From the NCBI GenBank assembly GCA_009838645.1, contig VXRC01000024.1:18494-82493 (forward strand): 64,000 nucleotides of DNA. The letters are read 5' to 3'. A model generated the notes under the pieces. It worked only from the letters and a program-made list of their open reading frames with translations, had not been told where the DNA came from and did not search any database. This document shows, piece by piece, positions 29,157 through 38,727 of the stretch (position 1 is its first letter; each line of letters starts with the position of its first letter). This DNA comes from Gemmatimonadota bacterium. GTDB lineage: Bacteria > JAAXHH01. The position numbers were made by a program, and so were the translations under genes.

Positions 29157-30087
29157 TCCAAACCTCAATGCTAAAATAAAAGACCGCTACGCCATCGCCG
29201 GCCTGGGTGAATTGCTCTGGGACATGCTGCCGTCGGGCCCCCAACTCGGCGGCGCCCCGGCAAACTTCGCCTACTTCGCGTCCCTCCTGGGAGAAGAGGG
29301 CATCGTAGCAAGCCGGGTCGGCCGGGACGACCTCGGGGACCGGGCCGTGGACCGCATCGCCGGTCACGGTCTCTCCACCGAAGCGATACAGCGGGACGAA
29401 ATCTATCCCACCGGGACGGTCGAGATGGCCCTTGGACCAGACGGACAGCCCGAATTTACGATCAACGGTGATGTCGCGTGGGAGCACATGGCGTGGACGC
29501 CCGGCTGGTCGGCGCTGGCGGCCCGGGCGGATGTCGTGTGCTTCGGGACGGTGTGCCGTCACCAGGCGGGTTCGGCGACCGCGGTCACGGCATTCCTCGA
29601 GGCCCTGGGGCCCGCCGCCCTTCGCCTCTTCGACGTGAACCTGCGGCAGGACCGGTACGCCCCGGCCCTGCTGCACGATTCCTTCCATCACGCCCAAATC
29701 GTCAAGCTGAACGACGGGGAACTGCGCACGGTCTGTCCCCTGCTGGACCTCGGGGGCGAGGATCTCGAGACCATGGCGCGGCAGCTACGCGAGCACTATG
29801 AGCTGGAAGTGGTCTGCGTCACCCGCGGCGCGGAAGGCAGCCTGCTGGTCACCGCGTCGGAGACCGTGGCCCACCCGGGCGTGCCGGTCGACGTGGTGGA
29901 CACCATCGGCGCCGGCGACGCCTTCACCGCGGTCCTGGCCAGCGGGTACCTGCGCGGCGTGCCGTTAGAACGGGTGAGCGAAGCCGCCAACCGGTTCGGC
30001 GCCTGGGTCGCGTCTCAGACCGGCGCTATGCCGGCGGCCGACGAGGCGGTGTGCTCCGCGGTCCGGAATACCCTCCGGGAAGCATAG
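29131..30087 (+). CDS. PfkB-family carbohydrate kinase
   Basis: Start MHKISR after GAAGGTGGGG. C-terminal GAGDAF motif (DTIGAGDAFTAV). Confidence 0.65.
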   Translation: MHKISRTISPNLNAKIKDRYAIAGLGELLWDMLPSGPQLGGAPANFAYFASLLGEEGIVASRVGRDDLGDRAVDRIAGHGLSTEAIQRDEIYPTGTVEMALGPDGQPEFTINGDVAWEHMAWTPGWSALAARADVVCFGTVCRHQAGSATAVTAFLEALGPAALRLFDVNLRQDRYAPALLHDSFHHAQIVKLNDGELRTVCPLLDLGGEDLETMARQLREHYELEVVCVTRGAEGSLLVTASETVAHPGVPVDVVDTIGAGDAFTAVLASGYLRGVPLERVSEAANRFGAWVASQTGAMPAADEAVCSAVRNTLREA

Positions 30088-30133
30088 GGGAACCGTCATG
30101 GAAGCGTAAGGGTAGTGTAAAGGAAACGCCGGA

Positions 30134-32995
30134 TTATTCAGGCAGGTAGTAGGTCTCTTCCGCAGGCCGCAGGGGACGGTTGAGCCAGAGGGGCCGGCGC
30201 AATCCGCCCGGCCCGGGCGCGGGGCGCGTCCGGGCCAGCCATTCGCGGTACACCTCGAAGGACTTCTCCGTATCCACCATCACGTCCCCGTAGGCGTCCT
30301 CTTCGCGGGCCTTTTCGATCCGGACCTTCTGGTGCCAGCAGTGCATTCCGCTTATTGGATCGGGGTGCACGGGGAAAGTGATGTTCTGGTGCACGCCGCC
30401 GTCCCGCCAGAAGATGCGGGAGGAGTCGCGGTCGGCGCTTTCGTAGGGCCGGATTCCGTCCATCACTTTCATGCGCCACTTGCCGCCGTCCGCCTCCTGG
30501 ATATCCACCAGGTTGACGGACCAGCGATTGCCGTCCGCGTCCTGCTTGCGCCGCCAGCGGCCCAGGTGGTGGGAGCAGGCGACCACGCCGGGCTTCATGG
30601 CCTCGGTGACCCAGACACGGTCCACGAAATGGCCGATCTCGGTGGTCACCCGGACCAGGTCGCCCGTGGTGATGCCCATCCGGTCGGCGTCCTGGCGGTG
30701 CATCCACACGGGGTTGCGGTTGGAGATCTCGTTGAGCCACTTGGCGTTGCCCGACCTTGAGTGGATCAGCGTGGGCAGCCGAAAGGTGGGCACCAGCGGG
30801 AACTCACCCTTCTCGCGGTCGAGCTCGTCGGGGTGCACGTGGCTCTTGATGTAGGTGGGGATGGCGTACTCCGGCCAGCCCCAGTCCACCATGGTCTGGG
30901 AGTAGAATTCCTGCTTGAGCGACGGCGTGGGGAAACCCGCACGCGGCGCGCCGTCCACCATGACGCCTACGGTCTTGCCGTCGGCGACCAGGGTATTCGT
31001 CTCCGGGTCGACCTCAGCGCCCGCGACGGCCTCGTCATCCAGCTTCTTGAGGTGCTTCGCGTAGGCCGTCTTCTCCACCTCGAAAGCGCCGTACTTGCGC
31101 ATGTAGTCCAGGGTGGACAGCCCTTCTTCCGCGGCGGCCTCGGGCAGCCCGTCCACGTGGTCGAAGATGTAACGGTAGTATTCGTCGACGGTGATCTTCT
31201 CGCCGGGCCGGTAGGGCGAGATGAAATGGTCCCTGATCCCCAGGCTGCCGTCGGGATCGATGCGCCAGGACAGCTCGATCCAGAACTCGTCCTCTTCCCA
31301 CACCTCGCCCGGGTTGGCCTCGTAGGTGAAGGTCACCGGATCGCCCATGCGCCGCCGCGCCTCGCGCAGGACGGGCTGGCGGAAACCGATCCAGGTGCCC
31401 GAGTGGGTCTCGTAGCTGATGATGTCGTGGCGTTCGCTGGCGTGGCCCATGGGCAGCACGTAGTCGGCGAAATAGGCCGTCTCGTTCCACGTGGGAGTCA
31501 GGGCCGCGTGCAGCCCCACCTTCTCCTCGTCGCGCAGCGCCTCGACCCAGGTGAACCCGTCGGGGTATGTCCACACGGGATTGAACACCCGGGTGAAGTA
31601 GACGGCCAGCTTCCCACGCCCCTCTTTCAGGAAATGGGGCAGGAGGAAGCTCATCTCGTAATGGGAGAGGGGGTATTCCTTCGGGAAATGCAGTTCGTTC
31701 CAGAACTTCTGGTCCGGGGGATGGTCGAAGACGTTGGGCTTGAACTTGTTCCACCCGCTCGGCGAGGTCCCGCCCTCCGTGCCGACGCTGCCGGTAAGGA
31801 CGTTCAGGAAGTGGAGGCACCGCGCCACGGCCCAGCCGCCGGCGTTGCCGCTGCCCGCGCTGCGCCAGTTGTGGGTGGCGAACCGCGATCCCGCCCGTCC
31901 GATCTCCCGGGCTATCTCCACGATATGCGCCGCCGGCACGCCGCTCTCCTGCTCGGCGAACTCGGGGGTGTATTCGCTGTAGACCCCCTTGAGCGCCTCG
32001 ATGAAACGTTCGAAGGTGCGCGGCGCGTCCGGATGTTCCTTCTCCAGGTAGGTCTGCCAGTTCACCCACGTCTTCATGAACGCGCCGTCGTAGAGGCCGT
32101 CCTGCAGGATGACGTTGGCCATGGCCAGCAGCACCGCGGCCTCGCTGCCCGGATAGGTGGGCATCCAGTGGTCGGCCATGCTGGCCGTGTTGGACAGCCT
32201 CGGGTCCATGACGGCGAGTTTTGCCCCCTTCATCATGCCCTCGATGATGCGCTGGGCGTGGGGATTGAAATAGTGTCCCGATTCCAGGTGGGCGCTGATG
32301 AGGAGGATGAACCGCGCGTTGGCGTGATCCGGCGACGGCCGGTCGAAGAAATGCCAGAGGGCGTAGCCGAAGCGGGCGCCCGACGAGCAGATGTTGGTGT
32401 GGCTGTTGTGCCCGTCCACGCCCCAGGCCTTGAGCACCCGGTCGATGTAGCCCTCGGCGCCGGGCCGGCCCACGTGGTAGGCGATTTCGTTGTTCGCGCC
32501 CTGCTGCAGCCGTTCGCGGATCCGGCCGGCGATGTCGTCCAGCGCGTCGTCCCAGGACACCCGTTCCCACTCGCCGCTCCCCCGGGCGCCCGACCTGCGC
32601 ACGGGATAGAGGATGCGGTCGGTGTCGCGGATCTGGTTGATGGTCGCCGGACCCTTGGCGCAGTTGCGCCCCCGGCTGGCCGGGTGGTAGGGATTGCCCT
32701 CGAACTTGCGGACCTCCATCGTCTCCTTGTCGACGTAGCTCAGCATTCCGCATCCGGCTTCGCAGTTGAAGCAGGCCGTGGGCACCACCATGTAGCGTTT
32801 GGCCTGTTGCCGCGGCCAGTCCTGCGCCTCGTACTCCACCCAGTCGTCCCACTGGTCCGGCGGCGGGTAGTCCGTGAGCGCGCCGCCCTCGGTCAGGCTC
32901 GGGAGATCAGGCCCGTCCTCTTCGTGCAGGTTGGGGATCAGGCCGATCTTCTCAGCCAGCGATTCGATCAATCCCGGTTTATGGCGTATGGACAT
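30134..32995 (-). CDS. Molybdopterin (bis-MGD) oxidoreductase catalytic subunit, DMSO-reductase superfamily; no Tat signal
   Basis: 953 aa. N-terminal FeS-0 cysteine motif (CFNCEAGCGMLSY) after a ~75-aa extension lacking an RR motif. Molybdopterin-binding domains throughout. Confidence 0.75.
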   Translation of the reverse strand: MSIRHKPGLIESLAEKIGLIPNLHEEDGPDLPSLTEGGALTDYPPPDQWDDWVEYEAQDWPRQQAKRYMVVPTACFNCEAGCGMLSYVDKETMEVRKFEGNPYHPASRGRNCAKGPATINQIRDTDRILYPVRRSGARGSGEWERVSWDDALDDIAGRIRERLQQGANNEIAYHVGRPGAEGYIDRVLKAWGVDGHNSHTNICSSGARFGYALWHFFDRPSPDHANARFILLISAHLESGHYFNPHAQRIIEGMMKGAKLAVMDPRLSNTASMADHWMPTYPGSEAAVLLAMANVILQDGLYDGAFMKTWVNWQTYLEKEHPDAPRTFERFIEALKGVYSEYTPEFAEQESGVPAAHIVEIAREIGRAGSRFATHNWRSAGSGNAGGWAVARCLHFLNVLTGSVGTEGGTSPSGWNKFKPNVFDHPPDQKFWNELHFPKEYPLSHYEMSFLLPHFLKEGRGKLAVYFTRVFNPVWTYPDGFTWVEALRDEEKVGLHAALTPTWNETAYFADYVLPMGHASERHDIISYETHSGTWIGFRQPVLREARRRMGDPVTFTYEANPGEVWEEDEFWIELSWRIDPDGSLGIRDHFISPYRPGEKITVDEYYRYIFDHVDGLPEAAAEEGLSTLDYMRKYGAFEVEKTAYAKHLKKLDDEAVAGAEVDPETNTLVADGKTVGVMVDGAPRAGFPTPSLKQEFYSQTMVDWGWPEYAIPTYIKSHVHPDELDREKGEFPLVPTFRLPTLIHSRSGNAKWLNEISNRNPVWMHRQDADRMGITTGDLVRVTTEIGHFVDRVWVTEAMKPGVVACSHHLGRWRRKQDADGNRWSVNLVDIQEADGGKWRMKVMDGIRPYESADRDSSRIFWRDGGVHQNITFPVHPDPISGMHCWHQKVRIEKAREEDAYGDVMVDTEKSFEVYREWLARTRPAPGPGGLRRPLWLNRPLRPAEETYYLPE

Positions 32996-33025
32996 GTGGT
33001 CTTTTCCATCCTCAATCGTTGCACA

Positions 33026-34681
33026 TTAGCTCAACGGGATGTCCTGCGGCGCCCTGACCCAGACGTACTCCGTCGCGTAGAGACCGATCAGCACGCCCGC
33101 GCCTGCAACGGCGAGCAATGCTTCACCGCCGATCCAGGCCAGTACGACGGGCACGAGATTGCCTATCGCGATGCCAAGGATCCAGAAGTATCCCCGGTAC
33201 CGGCCCCTCACGATGGCCTGCACGGCTTTCCGGGCGTCGGCCGTGGGATGGGGCGTCAGCATCTCGGACGCGATCACCAGCAGGTTCAGGATGACGGCGG
33301 CGATCAACGTAGTCCGCACGAAGGCGGTCCACGCCTCGCCGGGCGCGCCGAACAGGAGCGCCAGGGCGAACACCGCCGCGCCGGCCAGCACCGTGTGGAG
33401 CAGCATGTGCAGGACCAGCGTCGGGCTCTGCCAGAAATCCCGCCCCTTGGCCTGGGCGAAGAGAAAGGCCGTGTAGACCGCCGTGATGACCGCCAGCGCG
33501 GCCGTGACCCAGCCGATGATTTCGGCCGCCCCGGTTCGGCCGGTCCACATGGCCGCGGCCCAGAGCGTGAGCGCCAGACCATATAGGGTCAAGGCGTAGC
33601 CGCCGAGCACGAGCCAGGATTTCCACTGCGGGCGGAACAGCACGTAGAGAAAGCGTTTGGGCCGGGTCAGGTCGCTGACGAGAAGGATCGTCGTGGCCAG
33701 GAGGAACGTCAAGGCCACGGTGCAGCCGGTCCACGCGAGCACGGGGTCGACGGCATACCCGAGGACCGAGGCCGCGAAGGGGAGGAGGAAGGCCCCAGCC
33801 GAAATGGCCTTGGTCCACACGTAGGCCGCCACGTCGTTGCCCCACAGGACGCCCTTGTCCGGCGCGTCGTAGACCCGGCGCGCCGCGGCGTCTTTTCCTT
33901 TTTGCCCGCTTCCGGATACGGCTCCCGACTGGCCGCCGGCGCTGGTCTGGCCGCCGACGCTGGTCTGGCCGCCGGGCTGTCCGTCCTGTCCCGCCCCGCC
34001 GAGTTGCCGGATCATGTCCTCCGGGTCCGCCTTGGCGGTCCGTTCCTCGATGTACCGGGCGAAATGGCCGACGCCGTCCGACTGCGAACTCCACATGTAG
34101 TTGTCCGACGTCGCGGTCTCCCCCGGTGTCAATGAAGCCTCGTCGCCATCGATGTAGTACAGGCGGGGCTTCGTGTCCTTCTCGATCTTTCGCACCGTCA
34201 CCTGTTCCTTCGCGAGCAACTGGGAGATCTCCGTCGATCCATCGTCCATGTCGCCGGAAATGATGGCGTGTTCCGGGCAGACGTTCACGCAGGCGGGTTC
34301 GAGACCGATGTCCACCCGGTGGGCGCAGTAGTTGCACTTGGCGGCCGTATGGGTGTCCGGATCGATATACAGGGCATCGTAGGGACAGGCCTGCATGCAG
34401 CCCTTGCACCCGATGCATCGCCGCGGATCGAAATCGACGATGCCGTCCTTCCGGGTGTACAGCGCCGTCACCGGGCAGATCTCCACGCAAGGGGCGTCCT
34501 CGCAGTGGTTGCACCGCATGACGGAGAAATGCCTGGCCGTATTCGGGTACGTCCCTTTCTCGATGTACTTCACCCAGGTCCGGTTGACGCCGAGGGGCAC
34601 CTCGTGTTCGGCCTTGCACGCGACGGTGCAGGCATGGCACCCGATGCACTTCCTGTTGTCGATGATGAAACCGTATTGCAT
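33026..34681 (-). CDS. Fused four-cluster [4Fe-4S] ferredoxin subunit plus NrfD/PsrC-like polytopic membrane anchor
   Basis: Four Cys clusters in the first ~150 aa (CIGCHACTVAC, CNHCEDAPCVEICP, CIGCKGCMQACP, CNYCAHRV...CVNVCP). A G/Q-rich linker follows (encoded by repeats at 33900-34000), then about 8 TM helices. Confidence 0.7.
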   Translation of the reverse strand: MQYGFIIDNRKCIGCHACTVACKAEHEVPLGVNRTWVKYIEKGTYPNTARHFSVMRCNHCEDAPCVEICPVTALYTRKDGIVDFDPRRCIGCKGCMQACPYDALYIDPDTHTAAKCNYCAHRVDIGLEPACVNVCPEHAIISGDMDDGSTEISQLLAKEQVTVRKIEKDTKPRLYYIDGDEASLTPGETATSDNYMWSSQSDGVGHFARYIEERTAKADPEDMIRQLGGAGQDGQPGGQTSVGGQTSAGGQSGAVSGSGQKGKDAAARRVYDAPDKGVLWGNDVAAYVWTKAISAGAFLLPFAASVLGYAVDPVLAWTGCTVALTFLLATTILLVSDLTRPKRFLYVLFRPQWKSWLVLGGYALTLYGLALTLWAAAMWTGRTGAAEIIGWVTAALAVITAVYTAFLFAQAKGRDFWQSPTLVLHMLLHTVLAGAAVFALALLFGAPGEAWTAFVRTTLIAAVILNLLVIASEMLTPHPTADARKAVQAIVRGRYRGYFWILGIAIGNLVPVVLAWIGGEALLAVAGAGVLIGLYATEYVWVRAPQDIPLS

Positions 34682-34701
34682 GGATGCTCCGGATGATGCG
34701 G

Positions 34702-35175
34702 TCAGCCGGAAAGCGTTCCGTACTGGCCGCCGTAGAAGACCAGTGGGCGCCCTTGCCCGGCGCCGCCCGCAACGATCTCGCCGATGAAGATGTCGTGATC
34801 CCCGCCCGGCAGTATTTCTGTGACGCGGCAGTCAACGTAGGCCAGCGCTTGCTCGAAAACGGGCGAACCCGTGGCCTCGTTCCGGTACGCGATGCCTGAA
34901 AAGTCCTTTGGACCGTGCTTTGCGAAACGCACGGAGATTTCTTCCTGTTCTTCGGTCAGAATGTTGACGGCGAAGCAGTCGCTGGCCCTGAGGCAGGTGT
35001 TCATCTGGGCCTTCACGTCCACCGATACGAGGATGAGCGGGGGATCCAGCGAGAGGGAAGCCACCGCATTGGCGGTCATGCCCTGCGGCCTGTCCTCGTA
35101 GCAGGTGGTTACGACGGTCACGCCGGTCGCGAAATGTCCCATGATCCGCCGTTGTTCCATTTGATCAAAAGCCAT
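34702..35175 (-). CDS. Flavin reductase-like FMN-binding protein (HpaC/NADH:flavin oxidoreductase family)
   Basis: MAFDQMEQRRIMGHFATGVTVVTT...GMTANAVASLSLDPPLILVSV is a typical flavin-reductase domain. An alternative upstream start lies at 35280. Confidence 0.6.
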   Translation of the reverse strand: MAFDQMEQRRIMGHFATGVTVVTTCYEDRPQGMTANAVASLSLDPPLILVSVDVKAQMNTCLRASDCFAVNILTEEQEEISVRFAKHGPKDFSGIAYRNEATGSPVFEQALAYVDCRVTEILPGGDHDIFIGEIVAGGAGQGRPLVFYGGQYGTLSG

Positions 35176-35299
35176 TTTACCACGCTTGTCAGGGTGTTTT
35201 TCGCGATCGGGCAACTGTCTCCCACTGTGATGCATCGTCCCGTCAAAGTCAATGTATTTAAAGATGATCCCGTGTTTCATTCCCGGTGGCGTCTCAGGG

Positions 35300-35911
35300 C
35301 TACAGCCGAATCACCACGGAAGCGGTTACGGGTATCCATCGGGCGCTTTCATCGAACACATTGCGCGCATGGTTGTACCTCGCCTCCAGGGACAGCCCCA
35401 CGCGTTCGCTGACCGTCAGGTTGACCCCCAGGCCGAACACGAACATGAACGAATGGTCGCTGGTGCCGGAATCCGCATCTTCACCCGTGACAAGGCGATC
35501 GGATTGGCCCGTAGCGCGATCGGGTCGACCCGTGGCCCTGGCCCATCCCACGCCCCCGTGGCCGTAGAACCCCACGGGATCCGCGATCCCCTCAATCAGC
35601 AGGCCCACATTGCCACCCGTCAGCGTTTTATCGGCAACCGATGCCGACCCCTCGTTAGCCATCCCTTCATTCGAATGCGAAAACGCCGAGCCTTCAATTC
35701 CGAAACGACTGTGATGGCCCTCGAGCAACAGGAAGTAACCTTCATCGACGGGTATCGCCAGGCCAGCGACCAGAAAAGGGCCGGCCGAAGCCGTACCGTC
35801 CGCCAGGTCACCGATGGGCATGGCGGGTCCGCCTCCCAACCTGACATTCGCCTGACCCTCGGCCAGCAGCGGTGAAATCATACACGCGATCGCCAACCAG
35901 ATAATACGCAC
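35300..35911 (-). CDS. Outer-membrane beta-barrel protein (OmpA-like/OmpW-like barrel)
   Basis: GTG start at 35909-35911, preceded by AAGGAG. Signal peptide (RIIWLAIACMISPLLAEGQA), C-terminal aromatic residue, alternating hydrophobic beta-strand pattern. Confidence 0.5.
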   Translation of the reverse strand: MRIIWLAIACMISPLLAEGQANVRLGGGPAMPIGDLADGTASAGPFLVAGLAIPVDEGYFLLLEGHHSRFGIEGSAFSHSNEGMANEGSASVADKTLTGGNVGLLIEGIADPVGFYGHGGVGWARATGRPDRATGQSDRLVTGEDADSGTSDHSFMFVFGLGVNLTVSERVGLSLEARYNHARNVFDESARWIPVTASVVIRL

Positions 35912-36206
35912 GTGAGAACTCCTTTCATGCCGCATCAAATCGCATCTGCGCATACACCGGCAAGAACGGACCGGTACCTGCTACAGGCTCGTTGAGCTAC
36001 AGGATCATTGAGCAGGTTCCTTTCGAAAGAAGAAACCTAATTCTGAATTTTGTGGGAATAGAATCGGCGACGGCGGAGTCTAATCGGTAGGCAGCGGCAA
36101 CCGCTCGGATCGATCTCCGGCACTTTCGTGAGGCGTTAACGGACCGCGCCGGCCGACAGTCCGCCCGATGCTGACCATATTGTTCCGGCCATTCGAGGAA
36201 AGCGGG

Positions 36207-36797
36207 ATGAGGGAAGATGCCTTGACGGACGAAGCACTGGTCGACGCCGCCCGCGATGGCAGCGAGGACGCCTTCCGCACCCTGGTGGAACGATACGAAG
36301 GCCGCGTGGCGTCCGTCGTGATCCGCATGCTGGGGAACACCCCCGAAGCCGAGGACGCGGGGCAGGAGACTTTCATCCGGTTCTATCGAGGCTTGCATGG
36401 ATTCCGCGGTCAGGCGTCGGTCGGCACCTACCTGACGCGGATCGCCATCAACCTGTCGCTCACCGAACTGAGAATACGCCGGCGCCGTTCGATCTTCGTC
36501 CCCTTCACACCGCCGGGCAGGGAACACGACGCGCCGGAACTGGAATATGCCGACCCGGCGGCCAGCGCAGAATACGACGACACGGCCGACCGGATTCAGG
36601 CGGCGCTGAACCGATTGAAGCCCGAATTCCGTTCCGTGATCGTACTCCGGTTGATAGAGGGCTACTCGACGAAAGAAACCGCCGAGATCCTGGGCTTGCC
36701 CGTCGGGACGGTACTGTCCCGCCTGAGGAGGTCCCAGGAGAAACTGAAACGCATGCTTATTTCCTCTAACAGGGAGCTTGTCCATGAAACGGTCTGA
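36207..36797 (+). CDS. ECF-type RNA polymerase sigma factor (sigma-70 family)
   Basis: Region-2 and region-4 motifs (FRTLVERYEGRVASVVIRMLGN, YSTKETAEILGLPVGTVLSRLRRSQEKL). GAGGAAAGCGGG precedes the ATG at 36207. Confidence 0.75.
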   Translation: MREDALTDEALVDAARDGSEDAFRTLVERYEGRVASVVIRMLGNTPEAEDAGQETFIRFYRGLHGFRGQASVGTYLTRIAINLSLTELRIRRRRSIFVPFTPPGREHDAPELEYADPAASAEYDDTADRIQAALNRLKPEFRSVIVLRLIEGYSTKETAEILGLPVGTVLSRLRRSQEKLKRMLISSNRELVHETV

Positions 36798-37242
36798 ACT
36801 GGATCTGATGTACCGGTCGCTGGATGCGTCCCTGACGCCCGGTGAACAAAGCCGACTGGACGAGGCGTTGCGGCGCGATCCCGGCCTGCGGGACGAATAC
36901 GAGCGACTGGTCCGGCTGCGAAGCCAGGTCGAAAACCTGGAATCGCCCTCGTTCCGGGCGGATTTCTCCCAACGCGTCATGGAACGCCTGGCGGCGGAAT
37001 CCACGGTTATTCCGGCGTCGAATCCTGAAGGTGGGACAACGCCTGAATTCGAGGACGCGCTGTCCCTCATGTTCCGCAAAGTGGCGGTGGCCGCTTCGGT
37101 CGCTGCCGTCCTGCTGTTGACCTACAACCTGGCCACGTCCGACAGCGTCTCCATCACCACGTCGTTCGGACTGACCGAGGAACTGTATCCTGAAGACCTG
37201 TACGACGCGCGGATCGCGCTGGAATCGGAGGGCGAATTATGA
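36784..37242 (+). CDS. Putative anti-sigma factor (single TM)
   Basis: Overlaps the sigma-factor stop. About 150 aa with one TM helix (VAVAASVAAVLLLTYNL); position typical of a cognate anti-sigma factor. Confidence 0.45.
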   Translation: MKRSELDLMYRSLDASLTPGEQSRLDEALRRDPGLRDEYERLVRLRSQVENLESPSFRADFSQRVMERLAAESTVIPASNPEGGTTPEFEDALSLMFRKVAVAASVAAVLLLTYNLATSDSVSITTSFGLTEELYPEDLYDARIALESEGEL

Positions 37243-37763
37243 ACATCCACCTGAAGACCGCGGCCATTCTGCTGGCCACGTTGATCATCGGCATGGTCTG
37301 CGGCGCGCTTATCCTGGGCGCCTTTGCCCGGGACCGCCTGCAACCTCCGCCCCAGGTGACCCGGGACCGCTTCGTGGAACGATGGGTCAGGATGGTGCGG
37401 CCGGACCCGGCGCAGCTGCAGAGGATCCGGGAAGTGGTGGGCGAGCATGAATCCGGATTCCGGGAGAACTACATGCGCCACCGGCAGGAGATGCAGGACC
37501 TGGTCGATTCATTGCACAGGGACCTGGAACCCATCCTTACCGAAGAGCAACTCGAGCGGATCAAGCGGATTCGCGAGGAACGCGAACGCGTCCTCGAGTT
37601 CCGTCGGGATGGCGATCGCGAGCCACGCCGGGGTCGCCCGGGGCCGTCCGGACGCAACCGGGCCGGCGAGCGGGGCCGAGGGGATCGCACTGACAGTAAT
37701 CGTTCTGAAGGGCGCGGGAGCGACGACCGTGCAGAAGGGAGCGGGAACGGGAGCGACCGTTGA
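37239..37763 (+). CDS. Periplasmic LTXXQ-motif protein, Spy/CpxP/ZraP family
   Basis: Signal/TM N-terminus, LTEEQ motif, helical body, R/G-rich tail. Confidence 0.5.
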   Translation: MNIHLKTAAILLATLIIGMVCGALILGAFARDRLQPPPQVTRDRFVERWVRMVRPDPAQLQRIREVVGEHESGFRENYMRHRQEMQDLVDSLHRDLEPILTEEQLERIKRIREERERVLEFRRDGDREPRRGRPGPSGRNRAGERGRGDRTDSNRSEGRGSDDRAEGSGNGSDR

Positions 37764-37929
37764 CTCCTCGTTCCGGCACGTCCGGCGTGGCCCGGGCAAT
37801 GTACGGATGTAAAGAAAGTCGGAATAAACCGCAACCGGCCACTGTCTAATCCTGTAGAGCAGCACGAAGACGATCTCCGGAGATCGCGGTTCATACATCC
37901 GCCAGCATTACCACGAAGGGAGCGACAAA

Positions 37930-38535
37930 ATGAAAAAGATCATTTCAGGAACCATCGCCGGCGCGCTGAGTATCGTCGTACTGACCTGGACTATTGTCGT
38001 ACTGGCCTGGGCTTCTGATGCGATGGGCCGGATCAGTCATGAGGATGCTGACGTGCTCGACGGAGTAGCTGAACTCGCGGCGGCCGGATCGTCCGGCGAG
38101 TTCTCCGACATCCTGGCAGACGATCTCACCGATGACGACGCGGATGACGTGCGGACGCGTCTGTCCCGGGGAGGATTGTCCAGTCTCGAACTTACGGACG
38201 AGCAGGAGGATAAGATCGAGACGCTGCGTTCCGCCTACACGCGGGAAATGATACAGCTTCGCGCCGATTCGAGACTCGCACGGGTCGATCTTCGCGAACT
38301 GATGAATGAGATCAGCCCGGACATCGACAGGGTGAAGGAACTGGCCGCGGCCGCTTCGGCGGCCCAGGGCGCCGTGTTCGAGCGAAGCGCGCTCTTCCGC
38401 GCCGAGTTCAAGAATGTCCTGACCCCGGAGCAGCAGGAGAACCTGCGTGAGTCATACCGCGACCGGCGCGACGGTCGCCGGGACTCCGGGGTGCGCGGGC
38501 GGCGCGACGGCCGCGAATCGCGCAACCGGCGTTGA
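37930..38535 (+). CDS. Periplasmic LTXXQ-motif protein, Spy/CpxP/ZraP family
   Basis: N-terminal TM/signal; LTDEQ and LTPEQ motifs. Confidence 0.5.
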   Translation: MKKIISGTIAGALSIVVLTWTIVVLAWASDAMGRISHEDADVLDGVAELAAAGSSGEFSDILADDLTDDDADDVRTRLSRGGLSSLELTDEQEDKIETLRSAYTREMIQLRADSRLARVDLRELMNEISPDIDRVKELAAAASAAQGAVFERSALFRAEFKNVLTPEQQENLRESYRDRRDGRRDSGVRGRRDGRESRNRR

Positions 38536-38625
38536 GCAGGTGTTGCGAGCTGAAGGAATTCGAAGCGCGTTCAGTGGTTTGACGCAGTGATTGTAGACGA
38601 ACACATGCCGCGGAAGGATCCAGGT

Positions 38626-38695
38626 CCGGCCGCGGCATTTGACCGCGGAATCTGGCCGCGACATTAAGCCGTGGAATCTGACCGCGGCATTCATT
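38626..38695. repeat. About three imperfect tandem copies of a ~20-26-nt unit (GGAATCTGRCCGCGRCATT...) in the intergenic region upstream of the third Spy-like gene
   Basis: ggaatctggccgcgacatt (38647-38665) and ggaatctgaccgcggcatt (38673-38691), plus the partial ccggccgcggcattt (38626-38640). Confidence 0.4.
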
Positions 38696-38727
38696 CGCCA
38701 GATTTGATCTTTAAAAGGAGTCGAAAC

